Assembly: GCF_009914755.1 (NCBI RefSeq)
Contig: NC_060925.1
Strand: one strand, 5' to 3'
DNA: 64,000 bases
Source of the DNA: the human T2T-CHM13v2.0 reference genome, Homo sapiens
The position numbers were made by a program, and so were the translations under genes. Below the pieces are notes generated by a model that searched no databases, was not told the DNA's origin, and worked only from the letters and a program-made list of their open reading frames with translations. Numbering within the stretch: the stretch's first letter is position 1; the number at the start of each line of letters is the position of its first letter. This document shows, in pieces, positions 1 through 18,925 of this stretch.

Positions 1-793
1 GTCACCTTCCTGCAGAGTTGCAGGTTTTAAGTGCATCACAGTAGTATTTTGGAAGACTGGTTGGTCTATGAGCTGGGGATGGTTTTGCAGTGCAATTGGT
101 AGATATATAAATACACCTTTACATGTCACATTTATTTATAAATGCACACGGCACATGTGACATTCGCATATTTTTGCACTTAATTCTCAGAATTATTTTA
201 AGAAAAAGCATAGTCCTGAAACTAAGAAGGCTTGGGTAACGTCTGAAACCCCTCTTGCTCCTGTAGACCCTTGTAGACTGTCTCCTGTAGACTGGATCAT
301 TTTCAAGAAACTTTCTCCCCTACTATCAGCAAAAAAGGGAGAAAGAACATCAGCCAACATTACTGGGCAGGGGATCCTACCCCTTCTAAGCCCTGGCACT
401 GCCAGTGTGTTTTACATAATTCTCTAAATCTTAAACTACAGCATTTAGTGAAAGGAGGGAAAACACAGCTGCACGGCTCAGGAGACTGAAACATCCAAAG
501 CCTGAATTGGTCCTTATATCATGATTAGCTGAAATTCAGATGGAAATTTTGACTTTACTTGTAGCACACAGATCTCTTGCTTGTTTATGTAACAATACTG
601 TTAAGTGAGCAAAGCAACCTGCTGCTCCATCAGGAAGAGGCTCATGCTAAATCTGAAATCAAGAGATCTTCTAGCCAAGAATACCTGAGAATCACACACT
701 GTTGAAAACTTTATAATTTTTAAAAATTAGAAATGGAAGAATTGAACCTAATTACCCTCCTACCCTCAATGGGGCTTTTTTAAAAAAAAGCCC

Positions 794-1106
<313 letters not shown>

Positions 1107-1689
1107 TTATTCAGGATCTGAGCAGTTCCTAAGAAAGAGAAGCCAGCCCTCTCCTTGACCCTAATTTGGTTCCCTAGGGGCAAAAAAGAGGAGTTGCCAG
1201 TTTTCAGGAGACCCAGTCATTGGAGTTCATGTCTGAGGGGCCTTTGTTCTAGTAGAGGCCAATACCCATGTCAGGTGTCATGGTGGAAGAAACTGAAGGA
1301 CCTAGCAATGCATACATTAAGCACAGACACTTAGCTTCCCAATCCCTGGGAAACCTCACTGCCACCTCACAGCCTGACATCATCAGGCTTCCGTAGCTGA
1401 GAAACTTAGACTTCTTGAATGTGCAGTCAACCTGAAGAATTATTGGTCAGAACGCAGCCAGCAGCTGTCAGGTGTGACATGCAGAAGGGGTTTCTGCCTT
1501 GGGCTCGAGGTGGGGCTAGCTGATGATTCTACCAGTCTAAAATTCTAACTGTGCCACCAAGAGCAACAGGGGTTGGGGAAAAGATGGAATAAAACCCATG
1601 TCTGGAAGCTAGCATAGTGAGCTTGCATCCTGAGAGAGAATCTAGTTGTCTTCCATGATTGTAAATGAACATGAGAAGAATATTTTACA

Positions 1690-1925
1690 TAGTACTTATT
1701 TGCGAGACACTGTTCTAGACACATTATAAATATTTATACATTTTTATCCTCATTAAAAACCCTACGAGGCAGGCATCATTATTATCCTTATTCTACAGAT
1801 GAGAAAATGAAAGCGCAAATGGGTGAGTAGTTTGTCCCCAAATTCCATTGCTGGTAAGTGGCAAAACCAGGATTTGAACCTGTGTAATCTGGGTCTAGAA
1901 TCCATGCTTGTCACTACTTCTGCAT
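1690..1925. mobile_element. MIR SINE fragment
   Basis: MIR core-like ATTATTATCCTTATTCTACAGATGAGAAAATGAA...GGATTTGAACC. Confidence 0.75.
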
Positions 1926-2157
1926 ATTGTATAGTTATTATCTATAACCATAGGGAAGGTGTGCCTAACTTTTCAGTTTTCTCTATAACTGTAGGGAAGA
2001 TTTGCCTAACTATTCAGAGTACCCATTTGTCTGCTTTTGAAATTGAAGTTAAAAAATCAAAGCTATGAAACTAAGAATAAAAGGAAACTTCCTCAACTTG
2101 ATAAACAGCATCTGCGAAAAACCTAAAGTTAATATCATACTTAATGATGAAGTACTA

Positions 2158-2490
<333 letters not shown>

Positions 2491-2707
2491 AAAATTAGGA
2501 ATAAGGTTAGCATGCCTGCTCTCACCATTTTTATTTAACACTGTACTTGAAGTCCTAGACAGTGCAATAAGACAAGGAAAAGGAATAAAAAGGCATCAAA
2601 TTGGAAAGGAAGAAGTAAAACTATTTATTTAGATTATATAATTGTCTATGTGGAAAATCTTGGGTCTATGAAAAAGCTATTAGAACTAATAAGTGAGTTT
2701 AGTAAAT

Positions 2708-3427
<720 letters not shown>

Positions 3428-4270
3428 GCAAGGTTGCAGAATACATGATTAATATACCAAAATCAATTGTATTTCTATATACTACCAATAAATAATCAGA
3501 AATTTTAAAAAATCAAATAATAATATCTTTACAATAACATCAAAAACTATGAAACACTTAGAGATAAACATGACAAAACATTTGAAGATCTATAATGAGA
3601 AAATTATAAATCACTACTGGAAAAAAAAAGACCCAAGTAAATGAAGAGATATACCATGTTCATGAATTGGAGGACTCAATATTGTTACAATGTCAGTTCT
3701 TCCTCAAATTTATCTGTAGATTCAATGCAATCACAGTCAGTATTTCAGCAGGTTTTTGTTTTTGTTTATTTTGTTTTGTTTTTATTTTCTAAACTTCATA
3801 GGGAAATGCAAAAGATCTAGAATGACCAAAACAACTTTGAAAAAGAATGCAGTGGGAGGACTAACACTATCTCATGTCAAGACTTATTATAAAGCTACGG
3901 TAATCAAGATAGTGTGGCATTGGCATAAAGTTCAAAAAATAGATCAATAGGACAAAATAGTCCAGAAATAGACCCATGTATATATGGACAATTGATTTTT
4001 GACACAAGTGCAGAAAAAGTGGAGAAGTCTTTTAACAAATAGTGCCATAACAATTCAACATCCATATCTAAAAAGAGGAAATTCAATGAATATCTTATCA
4101 ATATTGTACAAAAATTACTCAAAATGGCTCACAGATCCTAATGTAAAGCCTAAGACCAAGAAACTTTTATAAGAAACATAAGAGAAAATCTCTGGGAACT
4201 TGGGTTCCTGTTTCTTAGATATGATACCAAAATTAATTGGACTACATCAAAATTTAAAACGTCTCTTCAA

Positions 4271-4930
<660 letters not shown>

Positions 4931-5475
4931 CACCCCACTTCTCTTCAAAAGATACTGAAAAGAATGAAAAGACAATGCATAGACTGGGAGAAACTATATG
5001 CAAAGCATACTATTCATAGCAGCTTTATTAGAATTAGCCAAAAATTGGAAACAACTCAAAAGTTCATCAGGTGAATGGATAAACAAATTGTGGTATACAA
5101 TGGAATATTATTCATTAATAAAAAAGAAATGGACATTGATGTACATACAACATGGATGAATTTCAAAAGAATTATGCTGCCTGAGAAAAATCAAACAAAA
5201 GAGAATATCTACTGTATGATTCCAAATATGGAAAATTCTAGAAAACACAAACTCATCTATAGTAACAGAAAAAAGACTGGGTGGCTGCCTGAACATGGAG
5301 GCTGTGGAGAGGGGCAGGAAGTAGGAAAGATGAAGGGACATGTAGGACATTGTGAAAGTAATGGATACGTCCACTGTCTTAATTGCAAGGATGATTTTAT
5401 GGGTGTATACATACATGAAAACATATAACACTGTAAAACATTAAATATGTGCAGTTTGTTGTATATCACTTATAA

Positions 5476-6098
<623 letters not shown>

Positions 6099-7458
6099 TA
6101 GCTATGGATGGATATAGCCTTTGATGAGGATATTATGGGCCCCATTCCTAGTGTCAAGCACAGTGCTTGACATATAATCTCTCTTCTGGGTGAAACGTTC
6201 TGGGTAAGTTGTTCATTTTTTCATTCACATGTTTCATGGAATAACTATGTGTCCCCTTTTTTCAAATATAACTTTGTTAAATTATCACAATCGTTCCAGC
6301 TGTCGCATCTATCCTGCAATATCATCCTCTTAGGAATCCTCCTCTGATGGCCCAGCCTGAAATGACCTCCTCCTCCTCACATGTGGAGACTCTGTATCAG
6401 CACCCTTCACTCAGCATCCCTCCTTCTGCCTCGCACTGTTAGTAAGCTTTTCATGCTCTCTCCCATAAGGTCCTTGAAGGCAGAGAGCAGCTATGGCTTT
6501 TCTATGAACAACCCCCACCTCCCCTGGCCACTTAATACCTTGTCTTACATATATTTATTCATGATTAATTCCTTAGTCATTAAAAATACTATTTTTTAAA
6601 AGACAGACTTATTTATGTAAACATATACATACACAAACACAGTCTTGCTACCCTCTGCCACTACTCATGAGGCATATGGTCCGGAAGAGCAAAATGAAAA
6701 CAGCAAATGTTATGATTCTAGATTGATACAGAAAAGAGAAAGTCCATTTTTACGTTCCCTATACACCTGAGCTTTAGCCCTAGTTTCATGGCTTCCTGGG
6801 TATACTTCACTGTTATAACAGCTTATTCTTCATGTATTCATTCATTCATCAAACGCTTACTAAACCCTTCCCTAACTCCATGCTATGTTATAATGTGCTA
6901 CCTTTTGTCTCCTCCTCTTTGAGGACTTAGTCCCATTTGCATCTGCTATGTCTGGTGTAGGGAAGGTATTTGATCATATTTATTGAAAGGTCTTTGTCCC
7001 CAACTCAGGCACGAGCAACAGAAGCATTTTCTGCCTCTCCTAAATCCAGACGCTGCTTTGTGGTGGGACTGGAAGGAGAATACCAAGCTGATTAGGATGA
7101 TTTCTGCAGCAAAGTGTAAGATACTTATAGGTATGTTCCATTTACATGTGGATATTGAAACAATTATCTAGTTTCAAACTGACTTTTCCAGCCATCTAAA
7201 CAACAGATTGGGTTGGCTCTGTTGCAAATCTATTAATAAGTTATGCACAGAGACTCAAAATCCATAGAATAGCCATGATCTGAGCCAGTGGTATAAATAT
7301 ATGTATTCACTCAGCATCAAAAATGTATATATACATTTTTTCATTGTCTGTAAACAACCATAAACTGATAAGAGATGGACTGAAAAAATGCGATCCTGCT
7401 TTTCCTACCTAAATGTGACTTAGCTAACTTAAACACTCATGTTGAAATGTTGTGTCAA

Positions 7459-7752
7459 GCCCAGGTGCAGTGCATTAGCACTTTGGGAGGCCAAAGTAGG
7501 AAGTTTGCTTGACGCCAGGAGTTCAAGACCAGCCTAGGCAACATAGCGAGACCCTGTCTGTACAAAAATTTAAAAATTAGCCAGGCATGATGGCGTGCAC
7601 CTGTAGTCTCAGCTACTTGGGAGGCTGAGGCAGGAGGATCACTTGAGCCCAGGAGTTGAAGCTGCAAAAAGCCATGATTGCACCACTGCACTCCAGCCTG
7701 AGTGACAGAGTGAGACCCTATCTCAAAAGAAAAGAAAAGAAAAGAAAAGAAA
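7459..7752 (+). mobile_element. AluJ with (AAAAG)n tail
   Basis: J diagnostics; TSD AATGT(T/G)GTGTCAAG. Confidence 0.93.
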
Positions 7753-7914
7753 AGGAATGTGGTGTCAAGACTTTGTTTTAATTGAAACCAAGTCATTTGC
7801 TGTCAGTTTAAGATGCTGACTCTATATGGCTTTGCACTAAACCTCTTCTCCAGGGATCCCCTCCTACACACTGAAAAGGCTGCCTTTGCTTTAAATCCTA
7901 AAGAATGAAGCGTG

Positions 7915-8200
7915 GGCCGGGCATAGTGGCTCCCACCTGTAATCTCAGCACTTTGGGAGGCCGAGGCGGGCAGATCACCTGAGGTCAGGAGTTCAAGACC
8001 AGCCTGGCTAACACGGTGAAACCCCGTCTCTACTAACAATACAAAAATTAGCCGGGCGTAGTGGCAGGTGCCTGTAATCCCAGATACTCAGGAGGCTGAG
8101 GCAGGAGAATCGCTTGAACCCGGGAGGCGGAGCTTGCAGTGAGCGAGATCACGCCACTGTACTCCAGCCTGGGTGACAGAGCAAGACTCTGTCTCAAAAA

Positions 8201-8239
<39 letters not shown>

Positions 8240-8243
8240 AAAT
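7915..8243 (+). mobile_element. AluS with (AAAT)n tail
   Basis: Full dimer; TSD about AAGA(A/G)TGAA. Confidence 0.95.
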
Positions 8244-8899
8244 AAAGAGTGAAAGGTGAGGAGCGGCCTTAGCACCTTTCTCTGGATAACTGGATTTGTA
8301 TGACATCTGCGGACCCTTAGGACAAAAATAATTGGTGAGAAAGAGCATTGGAAACGCGTGAGTTACAGGACATTCACAAAATGTTTTCTCTGAGGTTTTG
8401 ATACAGTGGGCCTTGTGTTTGAATAGCCTCCATTAGGAAGTTTAGGAGAGCCAGAGAAGGACTTTGAGTCAACCTTGATCCATCATTTAAGACTTTAGGA
8501 ATGAAAAGAAAGTGTTAAGTTTACGTGCTTGGTGTGTAAGAACAGAGTCTCAGAAAAGGTCACCATCTAATGTTCTAACATAGAATAGACGGCTGTCTTT
8601 GGTAGAAGAGGGAAGTTTCTCATGCCTCCCATTTCTCCTTTCCCTTACAACAAAGGGACAGCACCAGCAACAAGAGATTATATCTATACTGGTTGCAAAC
8701 CACACTCAGTCCATGCTTCAGGTGTCTACAGAACTTCTGCTGGTACCCACTAACGCAGCCTACCTCACTGCTGTTTAACCCATGAGCATCTCATTTCAGC
8801 TTTGGGTATCATTAACGCCATTCATTTACTCTTTAAACTATGACTGGGTTTTCTAGGCAAGGGGAGAGGGAAGAGAAGGATATGAAGAGGAGTTGTACT

Positions 8900-9430
8900 C
8901 ATCTTTAAAGTACTCACAGACTAGAAGGGGAACCAAGTGTTAAAATAGTTATAATTATTTTTATTTTTATGTGATATATGGTATAATAGCACTCAAATGA
9001 CCAAGAGAGAACAGTGGTAGGGGTGGCCTTGGGCTAGGGGAGGAGATGGGAAGGCTTCAGGAAATGGTTATCTTTTGGTGGACTGTAAAGGATGAGTAGG
9101 AGTTCACCAGGAAAAGAAGAGAGTCTTCTAGGCAGAGGCACAGCAATCACAAGTCCCTTGACCCATGGAAGAGCAGGTTTGAGGAGTGTTGAGTCCATGT
9201 GGCCAGAGTATATGGTGGTGGTGAGTGGGGGGCAATGGGGGGGGAGAAGAGCCTGGAATAACAGTTTGGGGACATGTGGTGAAGTTCCTTAATTACTATG
9301 CTAATTAGCTTGGATTTTCATTAAAAATGATAGGCAGCCACTGAGGAGTTTTAGGCAGAGTGACACAATTAAATTAGCATTTTAAAAAGATATCTCTGAG
9401 GCAATACAGAGGATATATTGTAGGGGAAAT
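8900..9430. mobile_element. L2 LINE fragment(s)
   Basis: L2-like AGGATGAGTAGGAGTT...CTAGGCAGAGG and CAGCCACTGAGGAGTTTTAGGCAG...TTTAAAAAGAT. Confidence 0.6.
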
Positions 9431-9546
9431 AGAGACCAGGCTCAGTGGTCTCTATTACAGAGCTCCAGGGCACCGGGCCCTCAGAGATGGGTAAAACACT
9501 GCAACACAGCCCTACCTTTCAGGAGCTCGCTACTGCGGAGGGAGCA

Positions 9547-10045
9547 TATTAATTACCTGTTGCTATCCCAAATTACCAGAAACTTAGCAGCTTGAAACAA
9601 CATGTATTTATTATCTCACAGTTTCTGTAATATGCAGTGTGGTTTAGCTCAGTCCACGGCTTCAGACTACACTTAAGGTGTTGGCCAGGACTGGGCTTTA
9701 TCTGATCCTCAATTGGGGAAGAATCTGCTTCCAAGATCACAGTGTTGTTGGTGAGATTCAGCAACTTGCTGGCTTTGGCCAGAAGCTTCTCTCGCTTTTT
9801 TGCCACGTGAACCTCCTCAACATGGCTACTTGCTTCATCGAAGCGTGAAAGCTTAGAAGGCAACAAAGAGTGTCTGCTGACAAGACGGAAGTTGCAATCT
9901 TATGTGACATAATCACCTCCATTGCTTAGAAGATTATAATCCTATCACCTGCGCTGCTTAGAAGCAAATCGCCGAGCCCACTCACACACGGGGCCGTGGA
10001 TGCCTGCAGGCAGAAATACTTCAACCCATCTTAGAGTCTGTCTCT
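9547..10045 (-). mobile_element. MLT1-family LTR
   Basis: CAAATTACCAGAAACTTAGCAGCTTGAAACAACATGTATTTATTATCTCACAGTTTCTG. Confidence 0.8.
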
Positions 10046-10253
10046 AAGGATAGAGACTGGTCTTGAACTCTCTCAGAATAATAAGACAAAAATAAGGTAG
10101 CTGTATTCTCCAGGGGCTATACAGTCAAAGAGAGGTTATCTGGACTGATCTGTGATTAAGGGAATACTTCCTCAAGGGGCTCAATTAGAATGCCACTACT
10201 GTGGTCCTGGAATAAGATGTTGAAGACCTGAAATTTCCCTATTCATCAGTTAA

Positions 10254-10560
<307 letters not shown>

Positions 10561-10637
10561 TCATCAGTTAATTCTTATTATCCATTGGGTCCTTTGGTTA
10601 AGAAGTCCATGGTGGACAAAGGTTTATTTAGTTAGTC

Positions 10638-11125
<488 letters not shown>

Positions 11126-11514
11126 TTGGAACTTAGCCAGTAACTTAGGCCACATCCTAAGCAAGACTCACGAGTGCAGAAGGACCTGGATCGAAGTTAC
11201 AGGCAAAACCGGCTGTGGAAGAGCCTGGTCCTCAGGCTTCTCCTTAGAGGGCAGCCAAGACTGTCACAGACACATCCCACATCAAGGCCCGCTCAGTGGT
11301 AAAAGCAAGAGGACCTTGCATCTCCATGTTGTGGACCCTCCTTTGATTTGGTGACCACCTGATAAACACTTGCTGACCCGCCGGGACTGGGGTTCCAGGG
11401 CTACATCATCCATCTCTAGCAGCTCTCTAGGGCCCTGAAATGGAGTGTTTCCTCCCCTTCTGAGCTCTCCCCCATCATCCAGCCAATGGTTTAGCACTCG
11501 ATTGCTTTTTTTTT

Positions 11515-11853
<339 letters not shown>

Positions 11854-12509
11854 TAAACTAAAACACCCGATTTAAACAGGTGTTAAAACAGGTGTTTTAA
11901 ACAGAAGCAGGGGTGAGGGGAGGAGCTCATCTTGGGCTGAGGCTTTGTTTTTCTGTCCTAGAGGCCATGTGCTCCCTGCTAAGTTGGAGCTGAGAAGCTG
12001 GGAATAGGCTGAGATGCTCTTCCTTCACTTGTTCTCCTGAGTACAGCCTCCGTGCTTGTTGTTACATAATTTCTATTAAAATTCCTGGAAATGCAGCTAG
12101 AAGAGTAGCTCCCAAAGGAACCCTGAGGCATGAATGCTGAGGTTGAAAGCTTCCCATCTAAACTGTGTCTCCAAGTGCTGACAATGCCAACCCGACTCAC
12201 ATCGTCATTGGTGACAATGCCAACCCAACCAACTCACATTGTGTGCAGGATTCCCAAATGCCCAGCAGCTTCAAAAATAGACATCTTCTCCAAAGAGAGC
12301 AGACACGGTGAAAAGCACAAAGATGAATGACTTCAAATTATGAGATGCAAAGAATGCCAACTTGCTCACATTAAGGTAAGGTATAATAGGTTGTAGGAGG
12401 TTAGGAAGTCATCTATGAGGCCACCGCTTTTCCAGTGGTTCCTGCATGCCCCCACCCTGCTGTGCTTATTGCCATAAAGCATCACAGAGCACGGCCCGAC
12501 AGTGGTCAG

Positions 12510-12900
12510 GGTGCTCAATGGCAAGCAACAGAAACTGTGTATTGCTTCTATAAGCACAAGATAAAGTTATAATAAAGATATGGGGAGCTCATAAAATCAT
12601 CAAGAATACCAGAAAATCAAGCTTAGGAGATGGGGCAGGAATGGGGGAGGCTCCCCAGGTCAAATCACTCCTGAGGGTTTGTCCAGTGCCACATAAGGTG
12701 TTGTCAACACAGCTCCTGCTGCAGCACTGATACTCCTGGAACCTGGACGTGGCCATGCTGCTGGCACCATTACCACAAAGATGGCTTCTCCATGGACCTG
12801 CTTCTCTGTGTCAATGTCCAGTGGGTGTGTCTGATTGGCTGAGCTGAGGTGTGTATCCATACCCACCCCCGGAGGCTGGGGAAGCAGGCATCTCAGGCTT
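12510..12900. mobile_element. Old MLT1(J/K)-like LTR fragment
   Basis: GGGTGTGTCTGATTGGCTGAGCTGAGG and GGGAGCTCATAAAATC-type motifs. Confidence 0.45.
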
Positions 12901-12917
12901 GGAGGCTGCTCAACTAA

Positions 12918-13340
<423 letters not shown>

Positions 13341-13355
13341 TAAAAAGTGATTAAA

Positions 13356-13653
13356 AACCGGGCATGGTGGCTCATGTTTGTAATCCCAGCACTTCGGGAG
13401 GCTGAGGTGGGCGGATCACCTGAGGTCAGGAGTTCAAGAGCAGCCTGGCCAACATTGCAAAACCCCGTCTCTACTAAAAATACAAAAATTAGCCTGGCGT
13501 CGTGGCGGCCACCTGCAGTCCCAGCTACTCGGGGGGCTGAGGCAGGAGAATCACTTGAACCCAAGAGGTGGAGGTTTTGCAATGAGCTGAGACTGTGCCA
13601 GTGCACTCCAGCCAGGGTGACAGAGTGAGACTCTGTCTCAAAAAAAAAAAAAA
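13356..13653 (+). mobile_element. AluSx-like
   Basis: Full dimer; TSD AAAAAGTGATTAAA. Confidence 0.95.
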
Positions 13654-13684
13654 AGTGATTAAAGGTAAAAAGGGAAGAAGACAA

Positions 13685-14425
13685 ATTCATTCAAAAAATG
13701 TTACTGAGCAGTTATATGTCAGGCAGTATTCTAGACTGTGAGGATAGAGCAGGGAGTCACACACAAGTCCTGACCTCAGAGAGGCTTCACAGTAATGGCA
13801 GATAGGGAGTAACAAGCCTGTATATGTGTGTGTGTGCGTGTGTGTGTGTCTGGTGTGTGTGATGTTGATAAGAGCCGTGGAGAACATGGAGAACAATACA
13901 GGCAGGGTAAGAGGGCCTTGGGAGTGCTAAGTTATTTTGTAGAGGTGGTCAGGGAAGACTTTCTGCCTAAGATGATGTCTGAGCAGAGATCTGAAGGATG
14001 GAAGGAGGGAGGACGTCATTCAGCCACCAGGGAAGAGTGTTACCCACAGAGGGGACAGCCAGAGTAGAGGCCCTGAGGCAGGAGCACACTTGCAGGGTCA
14101 AGGAAGCAAACAGCCATTGTGGCTGAGGCAGAGTGAGAGAAGGGAGCATTGGAGAGAATAAGGTCAGGGAGATAGTCAGGGCTTTTCCCAGGGCAAGAAG
14201 AGACACTTTTGGAAAGTTTTGAACACGGAAGTAAGATGACCTGACCCACATTTTAGAAAAAGCCCTCTGGCTGCTGGTGGAGAACAGAGGGTGGAGGGGC
14301 AAGAGAGCAGGCAGGAAAAGCATTCAGGGGGCTCCTGTGGGAGGCCAGACTGGAGGAGCAGGGGTGAGGCCAGGCGGGAGAGCAGAGGTGCTGAGAAGGA
14401 GGCAGGCTCTGGATGCATTTGAAGG
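13685..14425 (-). mobile_element. L2 LINE 3' fragment containing a (TG)n tract
   Basis: ATTCATTCAAAAAATGTTACTGAGCA start; GAGCAGAGATCTGAAGGA; AGAGGCCCTGAGGCAGGA. Confidence 0.8.
13824..13861. repeat. (TG)n microsatellite, imperfect
   Basis: Directly visible. Confidence 0.9.
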
Positions 14426-14467
14426 TAGTCACCAGGTTTGATGCATCGGATGTTTTATACTCTTGTG

Positions 14468-14543
14468 CTCTCTCTGTCTCTCGCTCTGTCTCGTTCTCTC
14501 TCTCTCTCTCTCATACACACACATGCATGCGTGCATGCATATA
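14468..14543. repeat. (CT)n/(CA)n/(CATG)n compound low-complexity tract
   Basis: Directly visible. Confidence 0.85.
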
Positions 14544-14595
14544 CAAGAATACCTACTTTTATTCTACTTCACAGATATTGTTTTTGACAAATTGA

Positions 14596-15153
<558 letters not shown>

Positions 15154-16309
15154 GAGCAAGTCTATCTTTGCAATTTTTCCAACAGCATGTGCTCACTTGG
15201 TGTCTCTGTGTCCCATTTTGATAATTCTTGCAATATTTCAAACTTTTTCATTAATATTATATCTGTGATGGTGATCTGTGATCAGTGATCTTGGATGTTC
15301 CTACTGTAATTGTTTTGGGGGTGCCACGAACGGCACCCATAAAAGTCAGCAAATTTAATCCATAAGTGCCGTGTGTCCTGACTGTTCCACCAACCAGTAT
15401 ACCCCATCTCTCTCCCTCTCCTTGGGCCTCTCTAGTCCCTGAGAAACAATAATATTGAAATCAGGCCTATTAACAACCCTACAATGGCCTCTAAGTGTTC
15501 AAGTGAAAGGAAGAGTCACACATCCCTCACTTTAACTCAAAAGCTAGAAATGATTAAGCTTAGTGAGGAAGGCAGGTAAAAAGATGAGATGGGCCAAAAG
15601 CTAGGCCTCTTGTGCCAAACGGTTAGCCAAATTGTGACTATGCAGGAAAAGTTCTTGATGAAAATTTAAAATGCTACTTGAGTGAACACACAAATAACAA
15701 GAAAGCAAAATAGTCTTACTGATGACACAGAAAAAGTATAGTGGCTGGGATAGAAGATCAAACCAGCCACAACATCCTTGTAAGCCAAAGCCTAATCCAG
15801 AGCAAGCCCCTAACTCTCTTTAATTCTGTGAATCCTGAGAGAGATGAGGAAGCTGCAGAAGAAAAGTTAGACACTAAAAGAGGTTGGTTCATGAGTTTTA
15901 AGGAAAGAAGGCACCTTCCTAACATAAAAGTGCAAGGAGAAGCAGCAAGTGCTGATGAAAAAGCAGCAGCAAGTTATCCAGAAGATCCAGCTAAGTGATG
16001 AAGGTGGATACACTAAACAACAGGTTTTCAATGTAGATGAAACAGCCTCTATTGAAAGAAATTAATAAGTAGACTTTCATAGCTAGAGGTGCAAAGTCAA
16101 TGCCTGGCTTCAAGGCTTCAAAGGAGAGGCTGACTCTCTTGGCAGGAGCTAATGCAGCTGGTGACTTTAAGTTGAAGCCAGTGCTCATTTACCATTCCAA
16201 AAGTCCCAGGGCCCTTAAGAACTATGCTAAATCTACTGCCTGTGCTCTGCCAATGAAACAACCAAGTCCGGATGTCAGCACATTTGTCTACAACATGGTT
16301 TACTGAAAA

Positions 16310-16615
16310 TTTTTTTTTTTTTTTTTTTTTTTGAGATGGAGTCTCGCTCTGTCACCCAGGCTGGAGTTCAGTGGCGAGATCGTGGCTCACTGCAAGTTCT
16401 GCTTCCCGGGTTCACGCCATTCTCCACCTCAGCCTCCCGAGTAGCAGGGACTACAAGCTCCCGCCACCATGCCTGGCTAATTTTGTTTTTGGATTTTTAG
16501 TAGAGACCAGGTTTCACCGTGTTAGCCAGGATGGTCTCAATCTCCTGACCTCGTGATCCCCCTGCCTCGGCCTCCCAAAGTGGTGGGATTACAGGCGTGA
16601 GCCACCACGCCCAGC
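16310..16615 (-). mobile_element. AluY-like
   Basis: Y diagnostics; TSD TGGTTTACTGAA. Confidence 0.93.
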
Positions 16616-17683
16616 TGGTTTACTGAATATTTTAAGCCCGCTGTTGGGACCTACTGCTCAGAAAAAAAGATTCCTTTCAAAATATTACTGCTAATTGACA
16701 ATGTACCTGGTCACCCAAGAACTCTAATGGAGATGAACGAGGAGATTAACATTGTTTTCATGCCTGCTAACACAATATTCATTCTGCAGCCCATGGATCA
16801 AGGAGTAATTTTGACTTCTAAGTCTTATTATTTAAGACATACATTTTGTAAGGCAATAGCTGCCATGGGTAGTGATTTTTCTGATGGATCTTGGCAAAAT
16901 AGATTGAAAACATTCTGGAAAGGATTCATTATTCTAAATGTCATTAAGGACATTCATGATTTATGGAAGGAATCAAAATATCAATGTAAAGAGAAGTTTG
17001 GAAGAAGTTGATTCCAACCCTCATGGATAACTGAGGGGTTCAAGACTTCAGTGGAGGAAGTGCCTGAAGATGTAGTAGAAATAACAAGAGAATTGCAGTT
17101 AGAAACGGAGCCTGAAGATGGGCCTGGATTGCTGCTATCTCAAGATCGAAAAACTTGAATGGATGAGGAGTTGCTTCTTATGGATGAGCAAAGAAAGTGG
17201 TTTCTTGAGATGGAATCTATTCCTGGTGAAGATGCTGTGAACATTGTTGAAATGACAATAAAGGCTTTAGAATATTACCTAAACTTAGTTGATAAAGTTG
17301 CAGCAGGGTTTGAGAGGATTGACTTCATTCTTGAAAAAAAACTTGTACTGTGGGTAAAACGCTATCAAACAGCATTGCGTGCTGTAGATATATCTTTTGT
17401 GAAAGGAACAGTCAATCAATGCAGCAAACTTCACTATTGTCTTATTTCGAGAAATTGCCACAGCCACCCTAACCTTCAGCAACAATCATCCTGATCAGTC
17501 AGCAACTATCAACATTGAAGCAAACCCTCCACCAGCTAAAAGATTATGACTTGCTGAAGGCTCAGATGATTGTTAGCGCTTTTTAGCAATAAAGTATTTT
17601 TAAATTAAGGTATGTACATGTTTTAGACATAATGCTATTTCACACTTAATAAACTATAGACTACAGGACAGTGTAAACATAAC

Positions 17684-17976
17684 TTTTTTTTTTTTTTTGG
17701 AGACAGAGTCTCACTGTCACCCAGGCTGGAGTGCAGTGGCGAGATCTCAGCTCACTGCAACCTCCGGCTCCTGGGTTCAAGTGATTCTCCTGTCTCAGCC
17801 TTCTGAGTAGCTGGGATTACAGGCGTGCACCACCACGCCTGGCTAATTTTTGTATTTTTAGTACAGACAGGGTTTCACCATGTTGGCCAAGCTGGTTTTG
17901 AACTCCTGACCAGGTGATCTGCCTGCCTCGCCTCCCAAAGTGCTGGGATTACAGGCATGAGCCACTGCACTCAGCC
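17684..17976 (-). mobile_element. AluSx-like
   Basis: TSD TGTAAACATAA. Confidence 0.95.
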
Positions 17977-18269
17977 ATGTAAACATAATTTTTATATGCA
18001 CTGGGAAGCCAAAATACTCATGTGACTCATTTTATTGCAGTGGTCTGGAAACAAACCCATGATATCTCCAAGATATGCCTGTACATACACATTGTGTGTA
18101 TGTTTGGGCAAAACAAGAAAACTGTAATTCTAACCAGAATGCTGTTTAAAAGTTATCATTACATAGTAAAATAAACATAGATTAGAAAGAAGAGTGAGGT
18201 CAATTTCATTATTAAGCCGTAAGTTGATTTACACAATCCCCCAATTTCTTGCTATTAATTAATAATAAT

Positions 18270-18440
18270 TATAACGATAGATAAGTGCTTATGAGGTGCC
18301 GGGTACTGTTCTGAACACTTTACATATGTCATTTACATGTATTGATCATTTAATTATCACAGCTAAGCCATGAGGTAGGTAATATTACTGTTCTCACTTT
18401 AAATGCAATGAAACTGAGGTATGGAAAGTTTATGTAAGTT
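18270..18440. mobile_element. MIR fragment
   Basis: AGTGCTTATGAGGTGCC...TGAGGTAGGT...GAAACTGAGG. Confidence 0.75.
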
Positions 18441-18496
18441 AAATAAGAACCATTTATAGAGAAATAAAGTTTTGCCTATAGTAAAAGATGAAATAA

Positions 18497-18925
<429 letters not shown>

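Noticed and set aside
15741-17494. TIGD1-like transposase gene
   Set aside because: It is fragmented into short ORFs by stops, frameshifts and an AluY, so it is a decayed Tigger1.
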